This document shows, piece after piece, positions 9,978 to 18,643 of a stretch of 64,000 nt of DNA (position 1 is its first letter; every line of letters starts with the position of its first letter). This DNA comes from a phage. The position numbers and the translations under genes were made by a program. The notes under the pieces are model-generated. The model saw only the letters and a program-made list of their open reading frames with translations, made no database searches and was not told the DNA's origin. The stretch is taken from assembly GCA_012441205.1 (NCBI GenBank), contig GCA_012441205.1_4705.1; one strand, written 5' to 3'.

Positions 9978-11045
9978 TTAACCTAACGTCACCGTCGGTA
10001 AATCAGGATAAAGTTTCTTCAAGCCTGCCATCGTGGTGGTAGTTGTATAATTCTTACCCATCGCAGCAAGAGATGCGTATTTCCTACTGCGAGAGAAAAG
10101 AGAATAGAACCCACTGGATGTTTCCATCCACATCGTGAGGAGTTCTGCATCGTTACCGTGATAGTTCGTTTTACCCCATCCAGGTTTAAACGCATCGGCA
10201 AAATCAATTAAACGCGAGGCTTCAGCGTCGTATTCTTTAAGGGTAAGGTACGATGGAATGCGGTAGTTACGAAACAGTAACGTAATGAGTTCAGGGACAA
10301 CGCTACGGGCACGTTCAGCCGTGATAAGTTCGGTGATCACAGCAGCTGTACGGAAATCGCCGTTAAGACCAACGCTGCTTAACGATTCCGCTAAAGTGGT
10401 CGCCATCGCCACTTTATCCTCCGCTGACCCAGAGTCATACAGACTACGCACATCGATGTAGTTGCCTGCTAATGCGGCTTGACGAATCAACGATGTGACA
10501 ACTGTCCGGTTCGTCTTATAGTCGTTGTAACTGAATTCGGTTCGCGTTTTCCCTTGATCGTCGAGATACCGATCGACAATCGTTGAAAGTTTATAATACT
10601 CATCGCCCGACATCAGACTATCGAGAAGCTTAACGTTTCCATCTTTATCAATAAGCTTCCCTAACGCACCATTGGATTGCTGGTTAATGGTACTGTAAAT
10701 CTGGTCTTTTACTTGCGATAGAATGTTATCGGTTGACGATATATTCAGGCCAGTAACATCTTTGATCTTATTCATCAACGCGTTTTCATTCAGGGAGATT
10801 TTGCCTCCGCTGATATCGATGAAAGAATTAAGATCGCTTATGGAAATCAGGTTTCCTGTTAACGCCGATAATGTACTATTGATACTGTTCGTAATACTGC
10901 TGCGAAAACTGGTTAACGCATCCGCCGCTGAAACAGCGGTACCGCTAACCGCTTTAAGGAGCGTATCACGCCCTGTCGAAAAATCGCTGGTGATGGTTTT
11001 GATCTTGGACGTATCTATACTCGGCAGTTTGTCGTAAAGACTCAT
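9978..11045 (-). CDS. hypothetical protein (355 aa)
   Basis: ORF track 9978..11096; preferred start ATG 11045 with AGGAGG 5 nt upstream (MSLYDKLPS...). Confidence 0.65.
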   Translation of the reverse strand: MSLYDKLPSIDTSKIKTITSDFSTGRDTLLKAVSGTAVSAADALTSFRSSITNSINSTLSALTGNLISISDLNSFIDISGGKISLNENALMNKIKDVTGLNISSTDNILSQVKDQIYSTINQQSNGALGKLIDKDGNVKLLDSLMSGDEYYKLSTIVDRYLDDQGKTRTEFSYNDYKTNRTVVTSLIRQAALAGNYIDVRSLYDSGSAEDKVAMATTLAESLSSVGLNGDFRTAAVITELITAERARSVVPELITLLFRNYRIPSYLTLKEYDAEASRLIDFADAFKPGWGKTNYHGNDAELLTMWMETSSGFYSLFSRSRKYASLAAMGKNYTTTTTMAGLKKLYPDLPTVTLG

Positions 11046-11084
11046 CACGTCCTCCTGAAAAAGAAAAAAGAAATACGGCATAAA

Positions 11085-11110
11085 GCCTACCCACACAATG
11101 GTGGGTAGGC
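11085..11110 (-). other. intra-operon stem-loop (GCCTACCCAC / GTGGGTAGGC)
   Basis: Perfect 10-bp inverted repeat between two co-directional minus-strand genes; possible attenuator or RNA-stability element. Confidence 0.35.
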
Positions 11111-11127
11111 TAAGATCAACATCGATG

Positions 11128-11640
11128 TTAAACTTCTTCGTTTTCTGAACCTAATGATTCAGCATCTGGATCGTCAACAGGAATGGTTGCATCAAAATAC
11201 CGTTTCGTATGCGTGGTTGTATATCCTACGCTATCTGTGATGGAAATCGTAAACGTGACTTCCCTTGCACGGATTAAGCGTAGTTTATTCATGAAGTTAC
11301 GGAACGGCATCGATCCCCGATTCAACTCCTTAATGACGTTTCCCCGAATACTGGAAATGTCTTTATTCGTTTTATCAGGGTGTCGTTTCTTCACATCACG
11401 CATATGTCGGGTAATATACGAATTGAGCTGATTTGCGCCGATCCCTCTCTCCGTATAAATCTGCAACAGGAACTCCGTAAGGAAATCCTGTCTACCCGTA
11501 GGCGTCCAGAAATTGTTACCGTGATTGTAGTTAGTCGCTCGTCCTCGATTGCTTTGAGGATTTTCATCATCGCTTTCATCACGACGCTTAAGCGGATTAA
11601 TGCGTGCGCGGAAAGAGACTTCATTATATTTATTTGTCAT
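11128..11640 (-). CDS. hypothetical protein (170 aa)
   Basis: ORF track 11128..11685; preferred start ATG 11640, which overlaps the upstream stop as ATGA. Confidence 0.6.
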   Translation of the reverse strand: MTNKYNEVSFRARINPLKRRDESDDENPQSNRGRATNYNHGNNFWTPTGRQDFLTEFLLQIYTERGIGANQLNSYITRHMRDVKKRHPDKTNKDISSIRGNVIKELNRGSMPFRNFMNKLRLIRAREVTFTISITDSVGYTTTHTKRYFDATIPVDDPDAESLGSENEEV

Positions 11641-12152
11641 AATACACCAGTGTACTGACTGAGTGCGAAGGTTAGGAGTTCGCAACAGTCTCTCGCTAGT
11701 TTCCTTGTTTTGCGTAATCCATAAGCCGCATCCAAATCGTCACGTTCCGCCAGCGCGTCTAACCACGTCGCAAGTATGCGTCCATACTCGATAACGTCAC
11801 GCATGAGAACGTCGAACCGGATAACACGACCATCGGCATCAGCAAGCCAACGATTGAACGTGATTTGTGGTGCTAGTATTGCATATGTTCTCTCCTCTAA
11901 TGCGATTATGTTTATGTTGCCTTCGTTATCGAACGCTTGATGCCAACGGCGAAGGTCAAGCATCAACGACTCAGCGTCCATATACCACAACGGTAAATAC
12001 GTTTTACGTGCAACGCGTATATCGTAGATGTTGTGAACCCAGGACGTTGTTTTGTAAAGCAACAAGAGTTCGTTTAACCGTTGCCTATCATCTTGAAACG
12101 TCTTCCTTTTATAACGTTGGAACGCACGCCTCAAGAAAAAGCGATGTAACAT
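11637..12152 (-). CDS. hypothetical protein (171 aa)
   Basis: ORF with ATG 12152 and AGGTGA upstream. Confidence 0.6.
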   Translation of the reverse strand: MLHRFFLRRAFQRYKRKTFQDDRQRLNELLLLYKTTSWVHNIYDIRVARKTYLPLWYMDAESLMLDLRRWHQAFDNEGNINIIALEERTYAILAPQITFNRWLADADGRVIRFDVLMRDVIEYGRILATWLDALAERDDLDAAYGLRKTRKLARDCCELLTFALSQYTGVL

Positions 12153-12202
12153 GGCATCACCTATGTATCATTCTTGCAGGCATCAATGAAGCCATCACAA
12201 GA

Positions 12203-12254
12203 AGGTAACGTTATACGTCGCCTTCATGACTGTCATCATGAAGGTAATATAGTC
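12203..12254 (+). promoter_or_regulatory. conserved intergenic element, copy A (candidate phage promoter or regulator site)
   Basis: AGGTAACGTTATACGTCGCCTTCATGACTGTCATCATGAAGGTAATATAGTCC; near-identical to 37921-37976; lies in a divergent intergenic region about 35 bp upstream of ATG 12286. Confidence 0.4.
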
Positions 12255-12285
12255 CTGTTATTTTTTTCAATACGGAGAATGTAAA

Positions 12286-12915
12286 ATGAGCGAATATGGT
12301 GTTGCCCCCGTAGATGATGAACCGCAAGAAGCACCTGATAAATTCGAGGTCCGTCTTGACGAAACCCGTAATATCCGCCAACGATTTATTCAACGCCTTG
12401 AAATGCTGTTAGATAGCGAATTCAAAGATTTCGAGCTTAATCCTGGCGCTGATAACAAAGCCATCGTCGACGTCGAAAACGTCGACCGAATAGGTAAGCT
12501 GTTGTTGAAATCGTTGGGCGATAACGACAAAGTCGACTTAACGTTGAAACGTATCAGTGCCGACCAGGCCATGAATGACAGCGCACTGAAAACAGCACAA
12601 GCCCTAACCGAAACCATGCTGCGCCGCTTAGGTCAGATGGATCAACATCCTCTCGCAGCAGGGGCTGTTTATGAAGGCGAAGTCGTGAAGCCAGTCACGC
12701 CTGAAGAACGTGATCGTCGACTTGGTTTTGCGTCATTGGAAGAGTTCGATAGCAAGGAGTTCTCACCAGGCGTTCTCATCCAGGGACGTGTCGAAGAAAC
12801 CAGCGATGCTTTCTATGCTAGAATGGCTCAACTGACGGCGTCGGTTCGTGAGGAGGTATCTCAGAAGATGGCTGCAGATCATCAGTCTTCGGAGGCGTCA
12901 CACGAGGAGGAATAA
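12286..12915 (+). CDS. acidic hypothetical protein (209 aa)
   Basis: ATG with GGAGA upstream; Asp/Glu-rich product. Confidence 0.6.
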   Translation: MSEYGVAPVDDEPQEAPDKFEVRLDETRNIRQRFIQRLEMLLDSEFKDFELNPGADNKAIVDVENVDRIGKLLLKSLGDNDKVDLTLKRISADQAMNDSALKTAQALTETMLRRLGQMDQHPLAAGAVYEGEVVKPVTPEERDRRLGFASLEEFDSKEFSPGVLIQGRVEETSDAFYARMAQLTASVREEVSQKMAADHQSSEASHEEE

Positions 12916-13606
12916 AATAACTGAACCATTTTATTCCAAAGAACCGCATGAACATCACAGGCGCGTTAGAAAGTTCGATTGCTTCGTAAAGTTTGTCATA
13001 AGCCAGATCGGAATCAGGGATGGTTTCACTGATTCGTCTGGCTACAACCAATACGTTACAAATCGGATTGTCTTCTAACAGCATCTGATTGGGGAGGTGC
13101 CAGCGTTTGAAATCGTAAAAGAACATCGCATTATACGTCTTACGGATTTCTGACGGATGCAGTGTGGCCGGATGACGGTAAATAATCTCAACGCTATCTT
13201 GCGCGCCGAGGTATTGCTGGATGCCTTCTTTTAACGCAATTGCAGCATCTCCCACAAATTCAAACGGGTACGTATTCACATGAACCGAAAAATCCGGTGC
13301 GGCAATCCCTGTCAAGCGGTCTTTCATGTAGTCCGCAACCACGTAACATAATCGCCACATCAACTCCGTCGGAATACATTTATCAAGAATGGTTTCATCG
13401 ATATTTGCCAACGCACCCTTAAACTCTTCGTAAGTGTAAGTAACACCCGCCTGCTTTTCCGGCTCCAGGTTATAGGGTCGGTAATGCCATTTCTTCCCCC
13501 ACTTTCTGATAGCCTCAGGATCCAACGTTGTTGCTACCGCCATTTCGATATCAAGCAGCGCCTCGAGTTCTACGTACACCGTCACTAACGCCGCATTTCC
13601 AGTCAT
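12818..13606 (-). CDS. hypothetical protein (262 aa)
   Basis: ORF; start ATG 13606 overlaps upstream stop as ATGA; 3' end overlaps convergent gene 12286..12915 by 98 bp. Confidence 0.55.
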   Translation of the reverse strand: MTGNAALVTVYVELEALLDIEMAVATTLDPEAIRKWGKKWHYRPYNLEPEKQAGVTYTYEEFKGALANIDETILDKCIPTELMWRLCYVVADYMKDRLTGIAAPDFSVHVNTYPFEFVGDAAIALKEGIQQYLGAQDSVEIIYRHPATLHPSEIRKTYNAMFFYDFKRWHLPNQMLLEDNPICNVLVVARRISETIPDSDLAYDKLYEAIELSNAPVMFMRFFGIKWFSYFIPPRVTPPKTDDLQPSSEIPPHEPTPSVEPF

Positions 13607-14310
13607 CGTTGCTCTCCAGCTTCACCGGTTAACATCTGCATATCGGGAGACGTTTTAATTTTCTTCTCGTACTCTTTTGTTTGTTTGAATACCAACTCAC
13701 CGATTTCTTCCAATTCTTCAACGGTGACGGTATGCAAATAAAGCAACGGAATAATCCAGGTATTCGCACGAAGCATATCCCGAATATCATCAATGGTGGG
13801 TAATTCCGTAAAGAACTGTTCGTCTACCGCGAATAAATCCCGGGCGATACCATCCACCAGTTTATGATTGCTTTCATGGATCCATGCAAAACTTCCAGCA
13901 AGATGATCGATAAGCATATCGATGTCATCGACAGTTGAGAACACTGTACGCCGAACGTGCGTTGTGAGGTCCATCGTAAAACCCATTAACGAAGGGGTTT
14001 CCTCAGAACGGAGTTCACGCCAAAGACGGATCATGTTTTCAGGGATAAACAAATCATGGATGAACGTCACACTGAATTTCGTAACCCAGTCACGAATTGT
14101 TGCCCCTTTGGAATATTGTTGCGGTGGGGAATACAAATACACCCAGCGTTTCGTGTACGCGATAACTTCCTTTCGCATCGCCGCATCTAAAACAAGCACG
14201 TAACGATCGGAAGCAAGCTCTTCTAATAAAAGCTCGAACGCAGTATCACTCTCTGGGGAGAACGATCGTTTTATTTCTGCGATACGTCGTGATAACCGAC
14301 CACGTAACAT
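13603..14310 (-). CDS. hypothetical protein (235 aa)
   Basis: ORF tightly packed in minus-strand operon. Confidence 0.6.
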   Translation of the reverse strand: MLRGRLSRRIAEIKRSFSPESDTAFELLLEELASDRYVLVLDAAMRKEVIAYTKRWVYLYSPPQQYSKGATIRDWVTKFSVTFIHDLFIPENMIRLWRELRSEETPSLMGFTMDLTTHVRRTVFSTVDDIDMLIDHLAGSFAWIHESNHKLVDGIARDLFAVDEQFFTELPTIDDIRDMLRANTWIIPLLYLHTVTVEELEEIGELVFKQTKEYEKKIKTSPDMQMLTGEAGEQR

Positions 14311-14312
14311 AA

Positions 14313-14987
14313 TTAGCCCTCATCAAGGTTATTCTGGAGATGCATCGCGGTGAGGATAACGCCAACCGCCGAAACCGATTTTGCCTTGCTGTCTTCAGGG
14401 AGCTGCTCCAAGCTTACGGTACCTGTTTCTAACAGCATGCGGTTCATCGCGTTGAACTTCTTATCGTCACCACCACGAGCCTGCATCAGCTCTCGGTTCA
14501 CGTTCGGCATCGACCGTCCTAACGTCGCTTGCATTTCCGGCTGGCTCCAAGTGGAACCTTTACTATCACCCGTCGGCTGATTGGTGAGCTGGTCCTTGGT
14601 GTTGTTGTTTTTCGGAATCGAAATTTTAGCACTCAACGTTTCGGCTTGTCGGCGGTTTGGAATCAGGTACAATCTGGTTGGGCGGTCACGAAGCACCAAT
14701 TGCCCTGTTTTCTGGTCGGTGAGATAAATGCGTTGGAAGAAAGGGAAACCGTATTTCTTACCGACTTCCAACGCACGTTTTATCGTCACCTCGTTTTTGT
14801 TCATGTTGGGTACCCAGATGGGTAGAATCTCTTTCTTATCCCGACATAAACGCATATAGGCATCAAACGTCTCATCATCGATTTCAGCAAAACGTTTTTT
14901 GTAAATAGCGTAAGTCGGGCTCGATTCACCCACCAGGTCTTTGATATACCCAAGAATGAATTTTTCTGCTGCAGCGCGGTTGGACAT
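14313..14987 (-). CDS. hypothetical protein (224 aa)
   Basis: ORF tightly packed in minus-strand operon. Confidence 0.6.
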   Translation of the reverse strand: MSNRAAAEKFILGYIKDLVGESSPTYAIYKKRFAEIDDETFDAYMRLCRDKKEILPIWVPNMNKNEVTIKRALEVGKKYGFPFFQRIYLTDQKTGQLVLRDRPTRLYLIPNRRQAETLSAKISIPKNNNTKDQLTNQPTGDSKGSTWSQPEMQATLGRSMPNVNRELMQARGGDDKKFNAMNRMLLETGTVSLEQLPEDSKAKSVSAVGVILTAMHLQNNLDEG

Positions 14988-14996
14988 AAACGTCTC

Positions 14997-15338
14997 CTAT
15001 TGTCGTGTCTGTTGCGGAAATACCCGAAACACCTGGACAATGATGTTCTTGTCCTCGCGGTTGGCGATGTCGATCATGTGTTTTGTTCCAGGACTTTTGA
15101 AATCCCAGAACGCAATTAAATGCGTAATGACATCGCCCATCCACTCATTGCGTCTGAATCCAGCACCTTTACGATAAGGACCATCCCAATCGGCAGGAAA
15201 CGTGGTGTATTTAAACCCGTAATCCTTCGCGTAGCGGCGCACATGCAAATCAGCGCCTGAATGCGCACCGCCAGCAATGAGATGAACTTTGTCGTGAGGA
15301 AGGTTGTGTAACATCTGGTTCATACGCTTTTCGAACAA
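14997..15338 (-). CDS. small protein, possible SLOG/DUF2493-like fold
   Basis: Translation LIAGGAHSGADLHVRRYAKDYG...FPADWDG...GAGFRRNEWMGD...LIAFWD..SPGTKHMI resembles the GG.x.GAD / ADW / RN..M / AFWD..S.GT pattern of that family; recalled from memory, not searched. Confidence 0.4.
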   Translation of the reverse strand: MFEKRMNQMLHNLPHDKVHLIAGGAHSGADLHVRRYAKDYGFKYTTFPADWDGPYRKGAGFRRNEWMGDVITHLIAFWDFKSPGTKHMIDIANREDKNIIVQVFRVFPQQTRQ

Positions 15339-15391
15339 GGGATAATCATCCCAGTAGCGTGATCCCGATACCCCTACACGATAGGGTTCGC

Positions 15392-15712
15392 TTATCTTCC
15401 ACCGCGCAATGACTTTACGTTGCGTGCGATAAAGGGTGCAACGTAATCACGGAAATTATGGATCCATCCTTTAATGGGTTGGTTGTCTAGTAAGCACTCA
15501 CGTACCGAAAACGTACTTACTTCTAATACACCAAACTGTAGTCGCCAATAGCGATTGATTTCAGCTTGGGTATGTTCTAATGTCATGTACTCAGGAACAC
15601 GAGCCAATAGGTCGTGTTTAAATTGCTCAGCAATCGCTGGTTGATGTGACGCAATTGTCTGCGTGATAACATCAATCAGTTCATGTGCATGCTTGATAGC
15701 AGGTGCGGTCAT
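15392..15712 (-). CDS. hypothetical protein (106 aa)
   Basis: ORF in operon context. Confidence 0.5.
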   Translation of the reverse strand: MTAPAIKHAHELIDVITQTIASHQPAIAEQFKHDLLARVPEYMTLEHTQAEINRYWRLQFGVLEVSTFSVRECLLDNQPIKGWIHNFRDYVAPFIARNVKSLRGGR

Positions 15713-15724
15713 TTATTTAGCCTT

Positions 15725-17215
15725 TTATTTTTTACTCGGACGATTCAATGCGGGTACCGGGTTCTTTGGTTGCTTTGTCTTTTCATCCATCCAGTACGGG
15801 AAGTACTCACCAGTACGCATACGCAATAAGTCCATTGTGGACAGGAACGGCAGCGGGTTAGGATCGTCCAGATACGTCCAGTAACCACGCGTGTTTAACA
15901 ATACATCCCAATCGAAACCTTTTGCTTTAAGATCGTCGTACAGTTCCTGTGGGGTGCAATACAGCTGTGGGTTTTCGTAAACCTCTTGACGCCAGAGATT
16001 ATGCATTTGACACAGCTCCGACGTAATTTCCAGAGCACGCTGTAAATACTCATCCTCTTCGCAGAGAGAACGAATGGTCGTACGCTGCAACGCAACATCC
16101 GGATAAATATCCAAATATACCGTTGAAGCACCATCAGCTGACTTACCACCTGACGCATGCATACCCCAACCACGCATCCAATCTTTATCACGCAGGTAGT
16201 GGTATTCCGTTAATGATGGTTTAACCCCTTCGCTCTGACTAACCACAATCGGGAACGGTAAGCCGGTGGGTCCGTTTTTAGCGCGCATGTTAAAGACTTG
16301 AATCAACTGCAGATCGGTATCCCCGATAAGGTTGTCACCAGGCCCACGCGGATAAAGGACGCGTTTATCCGCGTTCTGAAGAATCGTCAGTTTATCGATT
16401 TTCCAGAGGTTATTCGTATAAAACGTGAAGCGTTCCGGGACGTTCTTAAACTTCTCATCGCCCTTAAACCCTTTCAGTTTTCGTACCGGTTGCTGTCCCG
16501 GCATACCACCAACGTTTACACCGTCACCAAGGTGGGCGGTCATGGTAATGTAGATACCCGCCGACGCTGTGAGTACTGGCATCTGTGATAGAATCTGGCT
16601 TTTCGCAGCTGCTGAACGCATCGCTTCAGCATTCAGTTTTGCGCCACCCGCGGTTTCTTTATCGAACAGTGCATCAACGGCATCGATTGGTAATCCAGAG
16701 AAACTGTCGATGAGTACAACGGTCGGCAACCACCAGGTATAGTTCTCACCGTGTTTATTAATAAACGGAACGGCTTTGCGTTGAGATTTATCTTTGACCT
16801 TGTCGTCACGGAATTTCTTAATCGCATCAAACCAAATGTTACCGCTCATCTGAACAGCATCGGTGATAAACACACGTTCTTCTTCGAAAAGATCGACACC
16901 TGCGATATTAGACATGTTCATCGCAAGCGTTAAGATACGTGTTGTCGTTAACGACATTTCTGTGTCGTAAACGCTACTATTGCTGTTTGCGTAACGATCG
17001 ATAACGCGTAACAAGCGAAACATTATGAACGTGGTTTTGTTCATGTTGCCGCGAGCGCCTGCGCCCTCAACAAGCATCATGCCGCCGTTACAAATGCTTT
17101 CACCGTGTTTACCGACATAGTACCGACCACCAGATGTGGGAATATCCATTAAGCAACCAATGTTGAGATTAAAACGCATCTCTTCACCAGGAGAAAGGTA
17201 CTTATTAAGATTCAT
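15725..17215 (-). CDS. RecA-superfamily ATPase, possible UvsX/RecA-like recombinase (496 aa)
   Basis: Candidate Walker A EGAGARGNMNKTTF, Walker B-like TVVLIDSFSGL (cf. UvsX VVFIDSLGNL, RecA IVVDSVAAL), then AEAMRSAAAKSQIL...AGIYITMTAHL (cf. RecA ARMMSQAMRKLAG...LLIFINQ). Confidence 0.5.
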   Translation of the reverse strand: MNLNKYLSPGEEMRFNLNIGCLMDIPTSGGRYYVGKHGESICNGGMMLVEGAGARGNMNKTTFIMFRLLRVIDRYANSNSSVYDTEMSLTTTRILTLAMNMSNIAGVDLFEEERVFITDAVQMSGNIWFDAIKKFRDDKVKDKSQRKAVPFINKHGENYTWWLPTVVLIDSFSGLPIDAVDALFDKETAGGAKLNAEAMRSAAAKSQILSQMPVLTASAGIYITMTAHLGDGVNVGGMPGQQPVRKLKGFKGDEKFKNVPERFTFYTNNLWKIDKLTILQNADKRVLYPRGPGDNLIGDTDLQLIQVFNMRAKNGPTGLPFPIVVSQSEGVKPSLTEYHYLRDKDWMRGWGMHASGGKSADGASTVYLDIYPDVALQRTTIRSLCEEDEYLQRALEITSELCQMHNLWRQEVYENPQLYCTPQELYDDLKAKGFDWDVLLNTRGYWTYLDDPNPLPFLSTMDLLRMRTGEYFPYWMDEKTKQPKNPVPALNRPSKK

Positions 17216-17314
17216 TGGGTAAAGACTCCTTCGATTCTTCGACTAATTCTTAGTGTTCAGAGAATAACTATTTTTTAGTTAAGACTGACAACCGCTATTT
17301 CCACGAGGACAATC

Positions 17315-18157
17315 ATGCATAAATTTACCATTCCTGAAGACCCGATTACACTGCAGACCCTTTGGGATTCACATCGTGCTTTATCAATGGAAGGCTTTGC
17401 GCAAGACTTCGCTTCACTTACCGCAGTAACGAATCTTCGCAGTATGTTTACCAACGGTAAGAAGTTTGTTACCGATTGGCTTAAGAAACGTGATGTGACG
17501 GTTTATCCTAAAGTTTTCGATGACCTCGATACGATTTTTAGCAACAACGCTTACAGCGATCTCATTGGGTATCGTGCTTTTATTCCGAATGGTTTAAATG
17601 CGCCGATGTCAGATTATGTTGTTGCTTTAACTCAGAGCCTGGATAGCGTGATTGGCACCATCCTACCTGATTTGGATAAGCTGACCGTAACGTGCGCTAA
17701 AGCCGTCAACGACGTTAACTTCCGTCGTAGTAGTGGTATGGCTCAAACGCTACCTAAAAACGATCCAGAGAACGTTCTAGAGACGTTACGTGCGATGTTC
17801 AAACAAGGGACGGTAACACAGACCACTGTAGGCCGTGCATATAAGAACGAAGATGATATTCGTCAGATCGGAAAAGATCTGGATGCTTCCCGTATCCGTG
17901 CGCTTGACGTTAATCCTAAAGACGTGAAGAAGGCAATCGAACGTTTCATGGAGGTAGCTGACCGTTTAACCGAAATCCTGGTTCAAGACTACAATGAAGG
18001 TGCGGTGAGCAACGCGATGATTCGCGATATTAGTGACGCTATCTACCAAACAGCCAAGCAGGCTGAACTGTATGCGTTTCTCGTGAACGCTTTGGCTGAG
18101 GCGATCATCGCATATAACGACACTTGGGACGCCGTTAAAAAGAACGCGAAAAAATAA
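17315..18157 (+). CDS. hypothetical protein (280 aa)
   Basis: ATG with GAGGA upstream. Confidence 0.6.
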   Translation: MHKFTIPEDPITLQTLWDSHRALSMEGFAQDFASLTAVTNLRSMFTNGKKFVTDWLKKRDVTVYPKVFDDLDTIFSNNAYSDLIGYRAFIPNGLNAPMSDYVVALTQSLDSVIGTILPDLDKLTVTCAKAVNDVNFRRSSGMAQTLPKNDPENVLETLRAMFKQGTVTQTTVGRAYKNEDDIRQIGKDLDASRIRALDVNPKDVKKAIERFMEVADRLTEILVQDYNEGAVSNAMIRDISDAIYQTAKQAELYAFLVNALAEAIIAYNDTWDAVKKNAKK

Positions 18158-18165
18158 CATAATAA

Positions 18166-18201
18166 CCCACCCTACTACCCCGTTAAGGGCGGTAGGGTGG
18201 G
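18166..18201. repeat. palindromic hairpin (variant of the junction hairpin family)
   Basis: CCCACCCTAC / GTAGGGTGGG outer stem, inner CCC-gttaa-GGG apex; between convergent genes ending at 18157 and 18209. Confidence 0.5.
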
Positions 18202-18208
18202 ATAAGGT

Positions 18209-18640
18209 TTATTTGCCGTATAGTTGTACCACTCGTTGTGTCGTAGGAACGCAGACTCTTACCAGAAGCTTTTTAATCTCCTGACGAATCGTTGCTTTAT
18301 CATCATAATAAAGCCATGGCGGAACGCGTTGCATTATGCACTGCACGGCTTCATCGTAGTTCGTCGTCTCATTAAGTAACGTCTCACTATCCAGATCTTT
18401 CCATGCAGTAATACCAAGTCGCGCAGCAAACATCAACGCTGAAACCGACTCAGCTATCTCCAATCGCTCATTCATATCCGCAAGACCTTTTAGCATGATG
18501 TAATTATCGTCATGCTGGTGCAGGGTACCATACAAACTTCCGAAGAGAAGTATGCGTTTAGCTTTTGCGGTTAAGAGGAACGATAGGAGAGCGTGTTTCA
18601 ACGGTTGTTTCTCACGTTCTACCTGTTCGACCATCACCAT
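18209..18640 (-). CDS. hypothetical protein (143 aa)
   Basis: ORF. Confidence 0.55.
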   Translation of the reverse strand: MVMVEQVEREKQPLKHALLSFLLTAKAKRILLFGSLYGTLHQHDDNYIMLKGLADMNERLEIAESVSALMFAARLGITAWKDLDSETLLNETTNYDEAVQCIMQRVPPWLYYDDKATIRQEIKKLLVRVCVPTTQRVVQLYGK

Positions 18641-18643
18641 TGA

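Noticed and set aside
12203-12254. Conserved intergenic element as a sigma70 promoter
   Set aside because: Best -35-like hexamers match 3/6 or fewer, and the two full copies differ by a 3-nt insertion between the TTCATG and TAATAT blocks, so a host promoter call is not supported.
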